Origin: an uncultured virus (IMG/VR IMGVR_UViG_3300013132_000024)
Taxonomy: Duplodnaviria > Heunggongvirae > Uroviricota > Caudoviricetes
Direction: 5' to 3' (one strand)
IMG/VR virus record: IMGVR_UViG_3300013132_000024
DNA: 64,000 nucleotides
Shown one piece after another: positions 18,010-25,606 of the stretch (its first letter is position 1; each line of letters starts with the position of its first letter). The position numbers were made by a program, and so were the translations under genes. The notes beneath the pieces are model-generated. The model ran no database searches. It saw only the letters and a list, made by a program, of their open reading frames with translations, and was not told where the DNA came from.

Positions 18010-19057
18010 ATCTAGCAGCTAATCTTATTTCTTTATGACCTAAATGTTTTTCTATAGGATCTTTATTGGATATAGAAAAATATTTATTTGTTCTACCATC
18101 ATAACCATCTACAATAATATTTGGTTTTCTTCTTAATTCGTCCCAAGTTTTAATTTCTTGTGGAGATAATGACCCTGAATGTAAATGTAATTTTTGTTTA
18201 GTTGTTAAATGATGGTAGAAATCAGCATTAGACATATTAGAACCAACAGTAGAGCCTGAAGATTTTATCATAAAAGTTTTTCTTGGTCCATGTTCTCCAA
18301 TTACCCATGATCTAATAGATTCTTCATTAGGAAGGTGAACAGTATATTCTCCTTCTTTTTCTTTCGTTGTTTTTTTATATTTAATTGTTCTGTATTTATC
18401 ACTATAAACAACTTTTCTTGATAAAATTTGTTTAGTTCCAATTAATAATTTAGATTTTTGTTTTGTTTTTTTTGTTGCTTCTGTTATGTTACCATATTTT
18501 TCCGGTTTTAAATGTTTCCATAATGCTAAAGATTCTGTTATTTCTTCTTTTTTCTTTACAGAAAATCTACTACTTTTATTCATATATGTATCTAAATTCG
18601 TATTAGGAGGGATATCTTGATATTCTCTTTTAGCCATATCGTATACTTGCATATGAATATCAGGCATACTTTTTAATCTGTCATATACTTTAAATGCGCC
18701 TTTAGATAACGCATAATCTGAATGCCAATGTATTCCATGATTTGTTACTAAATGATGTATAAATTCATGTGCTGGCAACTTATTTCCAAATCCATTCATA
18801 TTATCAACATAAAATTTGTTGTCTCTAGTAATATTACCATATACTCCTAAAGAAATATGATCGTTAGGCTCATGTAAAGCAAAATGTACACCAGGACTGT
18901 TTCTATGATAATATCTAGATACTTTATGATTACCAATATTTGAAATATATTCTCTAGTAGGTTTTTTTGGTTCTTCTTTATATGGTGTTAAATCTTTTTC
19001 TTTATCTACATCATTATAAAAAGGGGCTTCTTTTAAATATTGTTTAAACTTTTTCAT
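17999..19057 (-). CDS. Putative internal head protein with two tandem related domains
   Basis: MKKFKQYLKE leader; internal ITE sites; duplicated F.HHL...H.HS..LS....K..D.L...P.I....YD. Confidence 0.6.
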   Translation of the reverse strand: MKKFKQYLKEAPFYNDVDKEKDLTPYKEEPKKPTREYISNIGNHKVSRYYHRNSPGVHFALHEPNDHISLGVYGNITRDNKFYVDNMNGFGNKLPAHEFIHHLVTNHGIHWHSDYALSKGAFKVYDRLKSMPDIHMQVYDMAKREYQDIPPNTNLDTYMNKSSRFSVKKKEEITESLALWKHLKPEKYGNITEATKKTKQKSKLLIGTKQILSRKVVYSDKYRTIKYKKTTKEKEGEYTVHLPNEESIRSWVIGEHGPRKTFMIKSSGSTVGSNMSNADFYHHLTTKQKLHLHSGSLSPQEIKTWDELRRKPNIIVDGYDGRTNKYFSISNKDPIEKHLGHKEIRLAARYVS

Positions 19058-19322
19058 ATCTTATTACCGCGTAATGGATTTCTAAAATTGCATCTTCTAG
19101 CAATATATTAAACCATTCACCCTTAGTTCTTTTATGATTTAATACTTTATGTATTTTCTTTTCTATGTTCTTTACATCTGATTCTAATACTTCTTTAGTA
19201 TATAGAAGGCTTAATTTGTGTGGATATCCTGTTTGTAACGATTTTAATCGTTTTTGAGGTTCTTTGGAAAATCCTATTTTATATGGTGAAGATATAGATC
19301 CAATTATATAGATGTAACTCAT
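19044..19322 (-). CDS. GIY-YIG-related T5orf172/MUG113-like protein
   Basis: YIYII...KIGFSKEPQKRLKSLQTG...E..IH...GEWF. Confidence 0.8.
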   Translation of the reverse strand: MSYIYIIGSISSPYKIGFSKEPQKRLKSLQTGYPHKLSLLYTKEVLESDVKNIEKKIHKVLNHKRTKGEWFNILLEDAILEIHYAVIRYEKV

Positions 19323-19783
19323 TTTAATCCCTTTAATATATCTTCATTAGGAGTATTTATAGGATGTTTTGCTACTCTAGTTAAAATATTATGATCTAAT
19401 ACGGCTACTTCAGTTTGATCTATAGGCAATCTGCTAGTTCTTATTTGTGGTTCTTTACCTGATTCTCTAGGAGAAGGTAAATCAACATACTTTTTAGATC
19501 CATAACTAGCTATCGTTGTTTTGGGTATTTTAAAAATATGTAATGTTTTTAAGCCTTTTGCGTATTTTTCAGAATATCTTTTTGCCCAATTTATAGCACC
19601 ATGTGCTTCTTCTTTATTATTAGGGTCAAGTATATATCCATATAACCCCTTTCCTAATGGCCTAATATTTCCTGGTTCCCCCGTACCATATTTTTTAGGG
19701 TCTATTTGATCAAAATCACTTCCACCATGAATCATATAGTAATGATCTTGTTGTTCTTTTAAAAAGGATTTAAACGACATCAT
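19319..19783 (-). CDS. Putative internal head protein, ADP-ribosyltransferase-like (H-Y-E clade)
   Basis: MMSFKSFLKE leader; IHGGSDFDQID...GTGE...LGKGLY; TEVAV. Confidence 0.55.
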   Translation of the reverse strand: MMSFKSFLKEQQDHYYMIHGGSDFDQIDPKKYGTGEPGNIRPLGKGLYGYILDPNNKEEAHGAINWAKRYSEKYAKGLKTLHIFKIPKTTIASYGSKKYVDLPSPRESGKEPQIRTSRLPIDQTEVAVLDHNILTRVAKHPINTPNEDILKGLK

Positions 19784-20247
19784 TTTTTAGTGACTCCAAA
19801 TTGTATTCTACCATCAGTTGTTCTATGCAAAGCTGCTACTTTAGGATCTTGTTTTATTTTTGGTGGTTCTTGTAAATCAGTATATCCTAATCCTTTTAAC
19901 ATAGAATGAGCAGCATGTCTAGCTAATGTTGTATCTTCTAGAGCTTTAGATTTATCATATAAATTATCTTTATGATTTATCCAATAATCTCTTTTTCTTC
20001 TTGCTATAGACATTTGATGTGTATAATGTATTTTTGTATTTGGTTTATCATCACCTAAATGTTTTTGTATATGTTGTAATACATACATATTAGTTAGATG
20101 TCTTCTAACATATTTGTGTACATTTTCTGGTGTTAATTTAGGTTTTAAATCGTCAGAAACTTTAGCATTATCATCATAAAATGTTAATTGATCGTGATTG
20201 GCTTCTGTTAAAGATTCGATATTAATATATTGTTTAAAAGATTTCAT
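19780..20247 (-). CDS. Putative internal head protein
   Basis: MKSFKQYINIESLTE leader. Confidence 0.6.
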   Translation of the reverse strand: MKSFKQYINIESLTEANHDQLTFYDDNAKVSDDLKPKLTPENVHKYVRRHLTNMYVLQHIQKHLGDDKPNTKIHYTHQMSIARRKRDYWINHKDNLYDKSKALEDTTLARHAAHSMLKGLGYTDLQEPPKIKQDPKVAALHRTTDGRIQFGVTKK

Positions 20248-20336
20248 TTTAAGAATTTCCTAAAATGTTTATTTAAAGTATTATCATCGTTATAAGGATC
20301 AAATTCTTCTTCTATAAAAAATTTAAAAGACCTCAT
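20244..20336 (-). CDS. 30-aa micro-ORF with a capsid-targeting-like leader (not in the ORF track)
   Basis: MRSFKFFIEEEFDPYNDDNTLNKHFRKFLK*; AGGAG RBS; ATGA coupling to the next gene. Confidence 0.65.
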   Translation of the reverse strand: MRSFKFFIEEEFDPYNDDNTLNKHFRKFLK

Positions 20337-20366
20337 TAAATTGCTCCTGTATAAATGTTTATCTAG

Positions 20367-20374
20367 TATTTATA
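20367..20374 (-). promoter_or_regulatory. Late promoter TATAAATA for the internal-protein cassette and gp3
   Basis: Exact consensus 30 nt upstream of ATG 20336. Confidence 0.8.
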
Positions 20375-20434
20375 AAAACAACTAGTCTTATATATTATGG
20401 TATAGTATAATTTAGCCTAAAAGGAGGCTATACT

Positions 20435-20797
20435 ATGCTTGAGAAAACAAATCCTCAATTTCTTGTTGGACCTACAAAATTTGGATCAATAGGAGAAGTA
20501 CGTGTTGGTAGATATATGGATGGTATGCTTGCATTAAAATTAATAGATCCTAAAACTGGAGAACCTATATTAGTAGCCACAGTATGTATGTATCCTGCAC
20601 AATATGCCTCAAAGAAACATGTTTGGATTAAAAATTGGTCAGAAAACGAAGGAATTTTAACGGCTTTAGAAAACGCTAATGTTGTTGAAGCAACAGGAGA
20701 TACTATACCTGCGGGATATGTAGAAGCTTATGAAGCTGAATTAACCTCAAAATTTATTGATGCTCTTCCTGATAATGTTAAAGAATATATAAAATAA
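20435..20797 (+). CDS. Hypothetical protein (DUF4313-like), opposite strand
   Basis: AAGGAGG RBS; TATAAT at 20406-11; GEPILVATV...KNWSENEGI...TG...GY. Confidence 0.7.
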   Translation: MLEKTNPQFLVGPTKFGSIGEVRVGRYMDGMLALKLIDPKTGEPILVATVCMYPAQYASKKHVWIKNWSENEGILTALENANVVEATGDTIPAGYVEAYEAELTSKFIDALPDNVKEYIK

Positions 20798-20830
20798 TAT
20801 TCCGTACTTTTCTTGCATACTTAATCCCAT

Positions 20831-20866
20831 AAATAAAAAATCCAGGGAACCGGATGGTCCCTGGAT
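20831..20866 (-). terminator. Rho-independent terminator of gp23
   Basis: Inverted repeat ATCCAGGGA(20840-48)/TCCCTGGAT(20858-66) followed by a T-tract on the minus strand. Confidence 0.85.
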
Positions 20867-20889
20867 CTGTTTAGGTTAAAGCGTATGCG

Positions 20890-22251
20890 TTACATCAAAT
20901 TATTTACAATAATTCTTCTGTAATACTTATTAGTGCTGATCACATTAGAACGACCAGAACCCTTTGTTAAACCTTCAGCGAATGGATTTGCTACCATACC
21001 ATAACGGGTTTTAAATCCAATCTTAGGTTGGAATGAACCTTGATCAACAGCACGCACCATTTGTAGAGGAACGTAAGGACAATAGAACAGACCTGCGTCA
21101 AACGCATTAGATCCTTTATATCCCATAGTTAGATAATTGCCACCGATAGCATAAGGATCGATATAAACTCTTATACGTCCATTAAGCACACCAGCAAAGG
21201 TATTACCTGTATCGTCTACTTGTAGATTGTTGCTATTTAGAGCAGGTGTATAATCTAGAACACCAGCCATTTGTAGAGCCGAAGCTACGTCAGAAGAACA
21301 GATAACGATATTACCTTTCCCTCTACGGGTTTGTTTAGCGATTTGGTTAGCTTCACGTTCTAATTGGAACATTAAGCCTTTAAACTTTTCAACCATCCAA
21401 CGACCGTTAGAGTCGGTATCTAAGTCGAATACACCAGCTACAGTTACGTTTTCTTGTGCACCAGGAACAGCTGTAATATTAATTGTACGAACAACTTCAC
21501 GATTAATTTCGGCTAGAATTTCTGCAGAAAGAATATTAGATAATTCTGTTTCTGCGTCTAATCCATGAATTGCCTTTAAGTCTTGTGCAAGTTCCATGGT
21601 ATATTCTGCTTTTAACGCGCGAGTATTAGCAGTAACAGTAACCTTTTCAATGGTGAACGCCATTTCTGGGAAGGCTGTGTTAGAATCAGTACCTAACGCT
21701 TCTGCTTGTGCAACACCCATACCCAAACCAGTATTATATGTATTAACAGCGGTTAACGGAGAAGTATTAGTTGCTCCAGGTATTGTACCAACGAATTTTT
21801 GACCGAAGGTATTAGCACCAGTAGTAACAGATGAATGTTGAGTATTTACTTCGTTATAGAATGTTTCGTCGCCTGTTTGATTTGCATATCTTGATCTCAT
21901 TGCGAAAATAAGACCAGTAGGACCAGTCATTGGTTGTACGCCACAAACATCATATGCTATTAAATTAGGCATAGCACGACGAACTAACGAAATTAATACA
22001 GGATCGAAAGTATCAATACCACCTGAACCTGCTGTAGAGCTAGAAGCCCCCATAAAGTTAACAGGAATAGTAGAAGATGTTTCTGTTAATGTTTGATATT
22101 GACCGTGTACTCCTGCTTCTATTAAAGCTCTTTCAGTATTTTCAAGTACTGTAGCAGTAACATAACGTTTGTGATAGTCTTTAATTTGACCACAAGATTC
22201 GTGGTCTAATACAGGCCCCCACTTTTTTTGAATTTCCTCAGCTAAATACAT
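20890..22251 (-). CDS. gp23: Major capsid protein
   Basis: LVRRAMPNLIAYDVCGVQPMTGPTGLIFAMR, RALKAEYTMELAQDLKAIHG, DAGLFYCPYVPL. Confidence 0.99.
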   Translation of the reverse strand: MYLAEEIQKKWGPVLDHESCGQIKDYHKRYVTATVLENTERALIEAGVHGQYQTLTETSSTIPVNFMGASSSTAGSGGIDTFDPVLISLVRRAMPNLIAYDVCGVQPMTGPTGLIFAMRSRYANQTGDETFYNEVNTQHSSVTTGANTFGQKFVGTIPGATNTSPLTAVNTYNTGLGMGVAQAEALGTDSNTAFPEMAFTIEKVTVTANTRALKAEYTMELAQDLKAIHGLDAETELSNILSAEILAEINREVVRTINITAVPGAQENVTVAGVFDLDTDSNGRWMVEKFKGLMFQLEREANQIAKQTRRGKGNIVICSSDVASALQMAGVLDYTPALNSNNLQVDDTGNTFAGVLNGRIRVYIDPYAIGGNYLTMGYKGSNAFDAGLFYCPYVPLQMVRAVDQGSFQPKIGFKTRYGMVANPFAEGLTKGSGRSNVISTNKYYRRIIVNNLM

Positions 22252-22289
22252 TGTTTCTTCCCTTAAACTATTAAAACTAGTTGTTTCTT

Positions 22290-22297
22290 TATTTATA
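22290..22297 (-). promoter_or_regulatory. Late promoter TATAAATA (gp23)
   Basis: Exact consensus upstream of gp23. Confidence 0.85.
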
Positions 22298-22302
22298 TTA
22301 TT

Positions 22303-23442
22303 TTATCTTTTACCTAATCTAGATAAAGATTCTACATATCTATTAACTGCAGGATTAGTTACAACTTGTTTCTCTTCAGTATCAAAAGTTTCTTCTTCTA
22401 TATTAGAAGAAATCACTTTCGTTTTATCTGAGAAATAAGTTTCCTTAATAATCTTCAGTTTCTTTTCAAATGTTTCTATATCACCATCGAATTCGATACC
22501 TTCAGCAAGAGTTTTAAACTTTTCTTGTTGTGTTAGTGCAAGACCTTCTGAAAGTTCTTCCAATATTTCCTTTTTAGCAACAGTTATTAAAACTTCTTTA
22601 TATTCATTATTTTCAGTTAATACTGAATCTAAATCTTTTTCTAATACTTCTATCTTATTAGATAAAGCTTCAACAACATCTACTTTGCTTTCAGGGATAT
22701 CAAAATTATGTTCAACCATCAAATTCTTTAATCCATTAATAAATTCTGAAGTAATTTCATTTCTTAATGTAGATTCAATTGCTACTTCGTTTTCAGACAT
22801 CCAATTTTCTACTACATAATCTATATATGAATCTAATTTATCTGTTAATTCTTCTGTAAATATTTGTAATTCTTCTGTTACTTGTTGTACATATTCTTCT
22901 TCTAATTTAGCAACTTCTAATGCAACCCTAGCGCCAACTGCTGCTTCAAATAATACAGATGCTTTTTCTGTAAATTCTTCTGATAATTCTTTAGAATTAA
23001 ACATAATTTCTATTTCTTCTTTTGACAAAGAAGGCATATAATCTTTATAATGAGGTTCTCCTCTACCTACAGCAGCAGAAGGTTTCATATTTAAAGTAGA
23101 TTGATTATGATCAGAATTATCATCTACTCCATAAGATTTACCTGGTCCAAATTGAGACATTACTTGATTGAAAAAATTAACTTGATCTGATGCTGACATT
23201 CTATTCATTGCATTCATTACACCAGACATCATTCCTAATTTAGATGTAGAAAGAGCTTGTGGGTCTGTTATTGATTTAGCAGCAGGATGTAATGAAGATG
23301 CAGCTTCTGTTTCTTCTTCAACTGTTTCTTCTTCAACTGTTTCATCTTCAACTGTTTGTTGTTCTGTTACAGATTTTTTAGAGATAGCTTTTTTAGAAGT
23401 TACCTCTTTAATTACTTCTTCAAGTTTTCCTTTTTTTAACAT
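22303..23442 (-). CDS. gp22: Prohead core scaffold protein
   Basis: LSEEFTEKASVLFEAAV, DSYIDYVVENWMSENEVAIE; acidic ETVEE repeats. Confidence 0.93.
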   Translation of the reverse strand: MLKKGKLEEVIKEVTSKKAISKKSVTEQQTVEDETVEEETVEEETEAASSLHPAAKSITDPQALSTSKLGMMSGVMNAMNRMSASDQVNFFNQVMSQFGPGKSYGVDDNSDHNQSTLNMKPSAAVGRGEPHYKDYMPSLSKEEIEIMFNSKELSEEFTEKASVLFEAAVGARVALEVAKLEEEYVQQVTEELQIFTEELTDKLDSYIDYVVENWMSENEVAIESTLRNEITSEFINGLKNLMVEHNFDIPESKVDVVEALSNKIEVLEKDLDSVLTENNEYKEVLITVAKKEILEELSEGLALTQQEKFKTLAEGIEFDGDIETFEKKLKIIKETYFSDKTKVISSNIEEETFDTEEKQVVTNPAVNRYVESLSRLGKR

Positions 23443-23473
23443 CAGAAAATTACTCCTATTCTATCTTTTGTTT

Positions 23474-23481
23474 TATTTATA
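23474..23481 (-). promoter_or_regulatory. Late promoter TATAAATA (gp22)
   Basis: Exact consensus upstream of gp22. Confidence 0.85.
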
Positions 23482-23483
23482 TA

Positions 23484-24155
23484 TTACTGTTTTTTAACTA
23501 ATAAAGAGGCTAAATGATTTTCCCAAAGAATTAATTTTGCTTCTTCTAATTGTTGTTTAGAATAAGTTTTAATTTCTTTCTTTACTTCATGTAGTTTTTC
23601 TTCTAACCATGTACCTTTAATTGGATCATAAATCCAATCTACATTTTCCATAATACCATTAACGAATGCACCTGGTGCACTAGGATCAGCTACTATATCT
23701 GCTGCAGTTGCTAATTTAAAATCGTTTTGAACTTCCATTATTCCGTTCGAATTTTTTTGTAAAGAACCTAAACCTCTTGAAGAAACACCTAAAGAAGCAC
23801 CGGAATTTAATAATCCTTTTGCTAATTCTCCCATTGGAGTTTCTGTTAATTTTGCTTTACCAATAAATACATTACCATCTCTCTTTAATTCGGTTATAAG
23901 ATGAGATACTCTATGAAGATTAATTTGTGGTCCTTCCGGGTGACCTAACTCGCCATATCCTCTTCCTTGTTCTACATTTTCTTTAAGATATCTAGCAACT
24001 TCTTGTTCTAAAACATTCATACGATATATTCTACCGTTTTTATTTTGTTTTTCTGCTACTAAGAAAGGTCCAGTGATATAATAATCTTTGCCACCTTTTT
24101 TATTATCTTCGGTAATATATTCTATGTTTTCGGTTAATTCTGTTATAAGTTTCAT
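23484..24155 (-). CDS. gp21: Prohead protease
   Basis: MKLITE, NKNGRIY, GELGHP, GVSSRGLGS, DIVADPSAP. Confidence 0.97.
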   Translation of the reverse strand: MKLITELTENIEYITEDNKKGGKDYYITGPFLVAEKQNKNGRIYRMNVLEQEVARYLKENVEQGRGYGELGHPEGPQINLHRVSHLITELKRDGNVFIGKAKLTETPMGELAKGLLNSGASLGVSSRGLGSLQKNSNGIMEVQNDFKLATAADIVADPSAPGAFVNGIMENVDWIYDPIKGTWLEEKLHEVKKEIKTYSKQQLEEAKLILWENHLASLLVKKQ

Positions 24156-24643
24156 TGCTTAATCTTTGCTCTTATTGTTGATAATGGAGTTTTTTTAAAG
24201 CTAATTACATGATATCCATATGGTGCCATTTCATGTTGTTTAGTTTCAAACTTACCATTATGTACTCTTGCTAATTTTTGTCCAAATTTTGCATATAAAT
24301 CCTTTTTTACACTAGAATTAGGGTTCATCATTAGTACATTTGGTTTAAAATGATGTACAAAAGAATGTACAGAATTTTGAACAAAATGTAGTGCCTCCAT
24401 TTTATGATCTAATCTACCAAAATTACTTCTCAAATTAGAAAACGTGTCATCAACTTTAAAATCTACATAAGATGTATTCGTATGCCCTTGTGTATCGAAA
24501 TAAACATCTACATTTTTATCGCCTATTTTTCTAGAAATAATATGTTTTGTTACTGTATCACCATCAGACGTATTAAATCTCTTAGGTTTAAATTCATCTC
24601 TATTATATATTTCTTCTTTTAAAAAATCTTTAAATTTTATCAT
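24152..24643 (-). CDS. Putative internal head protein
   Basis: MIKFKDFLKE leader; lies in the head operon. Confidence 0.6.
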   Translation of the reverse strand: MIKFKDFLKEEIYNRDEFKPKRFNTSDGDTVTKHIISRKIGDKNVDVYFDTQGHTNTSYVDFKVDDTFSNLRSNFGRLDHKMEALHFVQNSVHSFVHHFKPNVLMMNPNSSVKKDLYAKFGQKLARVHNGKFETKQHEMAPYGYHVISFKKTPLSTIRAKIKQ

Positions 24644-24888
24644 TAATAACGATATGCTATAGGAGAAGCGACCAATCCTGTTCCTTGTATTCTATAAGTA
24701 GGCATTTTTTCTATTAATATTTCAGAATTAGCTAATACAGAAAATGAAGCTATATTTACAGAAGAATTAACAGACATTGTACAATTAACCACACCTGTAG
24801 TAGAATTTACTACTCTAATAATAGGACAATCATATACAGTATTTGCTGTACCTATAGAAAGTTCATTATTACTAAATTTATATATCAT
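24643..24888 (-). CDS. Small virion-associated protein
   Basis: Packed in the head operon; beta-rich composition. Confidence 0.55.
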   Translation of the reverse strand: MIYKFSNNELSIGTANTVYDCPIIRVVNSTTGVVNCTMSVNSSVNIASFSVLANSEILIEKMPTYRIQGTGLVASPIAYRY

Positions 24889-25142
24889 TAATTCAATCCT
24901 TGTTTAGCTCTATAATATCTGTTATTTGTTTTATTTGTTTTATTTGTTGGTTTATTATTAACAGAACGATTTCCTGGTTTTTTAACAATACCTTTTTTTC
25001 TATTGTATTCTGCCCAAGCATGTGCAGCTATTGTTTTTAATTCTTCTGGCGTTTTTGCTTGTGCAGCTTCTTTTCTAGCTCTTGCTGCTATAACACTATC
25101 TGGAGGAAATGCTTCTGTTAAAAAATCTTTAAACCTTAACAA
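24888..25142 (-). CDS. Putative basic internal head protein
   Basis: MLRFKDFLTE leader (TTG start). Confidence 0.6.
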   Translation of the reverse strand: MLRFKDFLTEAFPPDSVIAARARKEAAQAKTPEELKTIAAHAWAEYNRKKGIVKKPGNRSVNNKPTNKTNKTNNRYYRAKQGLN

Positions 25143-25398
25143 GATTAACCCTTTTTATTTTTTCTTCATTAGCCAATTTTTGTACAGGATCAGACAATCC
25201 ATGACGTTTCATTTTTGCTTGTTTTATACTTCCAGCTTTATATATATCATCTTTATTTCCAACACGATCTGCATGTTTTTCAACAGAATGTTGTCCAATA
25301 AAATCTCTATTTCCTGGTGCTTGATTTAAATCATCAAGATTCATAGGTTCTGTTTTGCTAGAATTACAACTTACTATTTCTCTTAAATACTTAGACAT
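25129..25398 (-). CDS. Putative prohead core protein (likely start MSKYLREI at 25398)
   Basis: GAGGA RBS before 25398; sits in the T4 gp68 position. Confidence 0.5.
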   Translation of the reverse strand: MSKYLREIVSCNSSKTEPMNLDDLNQAPGNRDFIGQHSVEKHADRVGNKDDIYKAGSIKQAKMKRHGLSDPVQKLANEEKIKRVNLVKV

Positions 25399-25606
25399 TT
25401 TCTTCCTCTGATTCTGGTTGATCTTCTGTTTCAAAATCTTCTGTATCTATATCGGAATCACCAGAAAACATAGTTCTAGCCAAATCAGATTTTCTATTAT
25501 CTATAGCAGTACTTATTTTATCTAACAATATATTTTTTAAATGATCACCAAAATCTGAAGGCTTTTGTTCTAAAGATGTCGATAATAAATCTTTAATATC
25601 ACTCAT
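25391..25606 (-). CDS. gp67: Prohead core protein gp67-like
   Basis: Small protein with an acidic tail directly downstream of the portal. Confidence 0.65.
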   Translation of the reverse strand: MSDIKDLLSTSLEQKPSDFGDHLKNILLDKISTAIDNRKSDLARTMFSGDSDIDTEDFETEDQPESEEENV

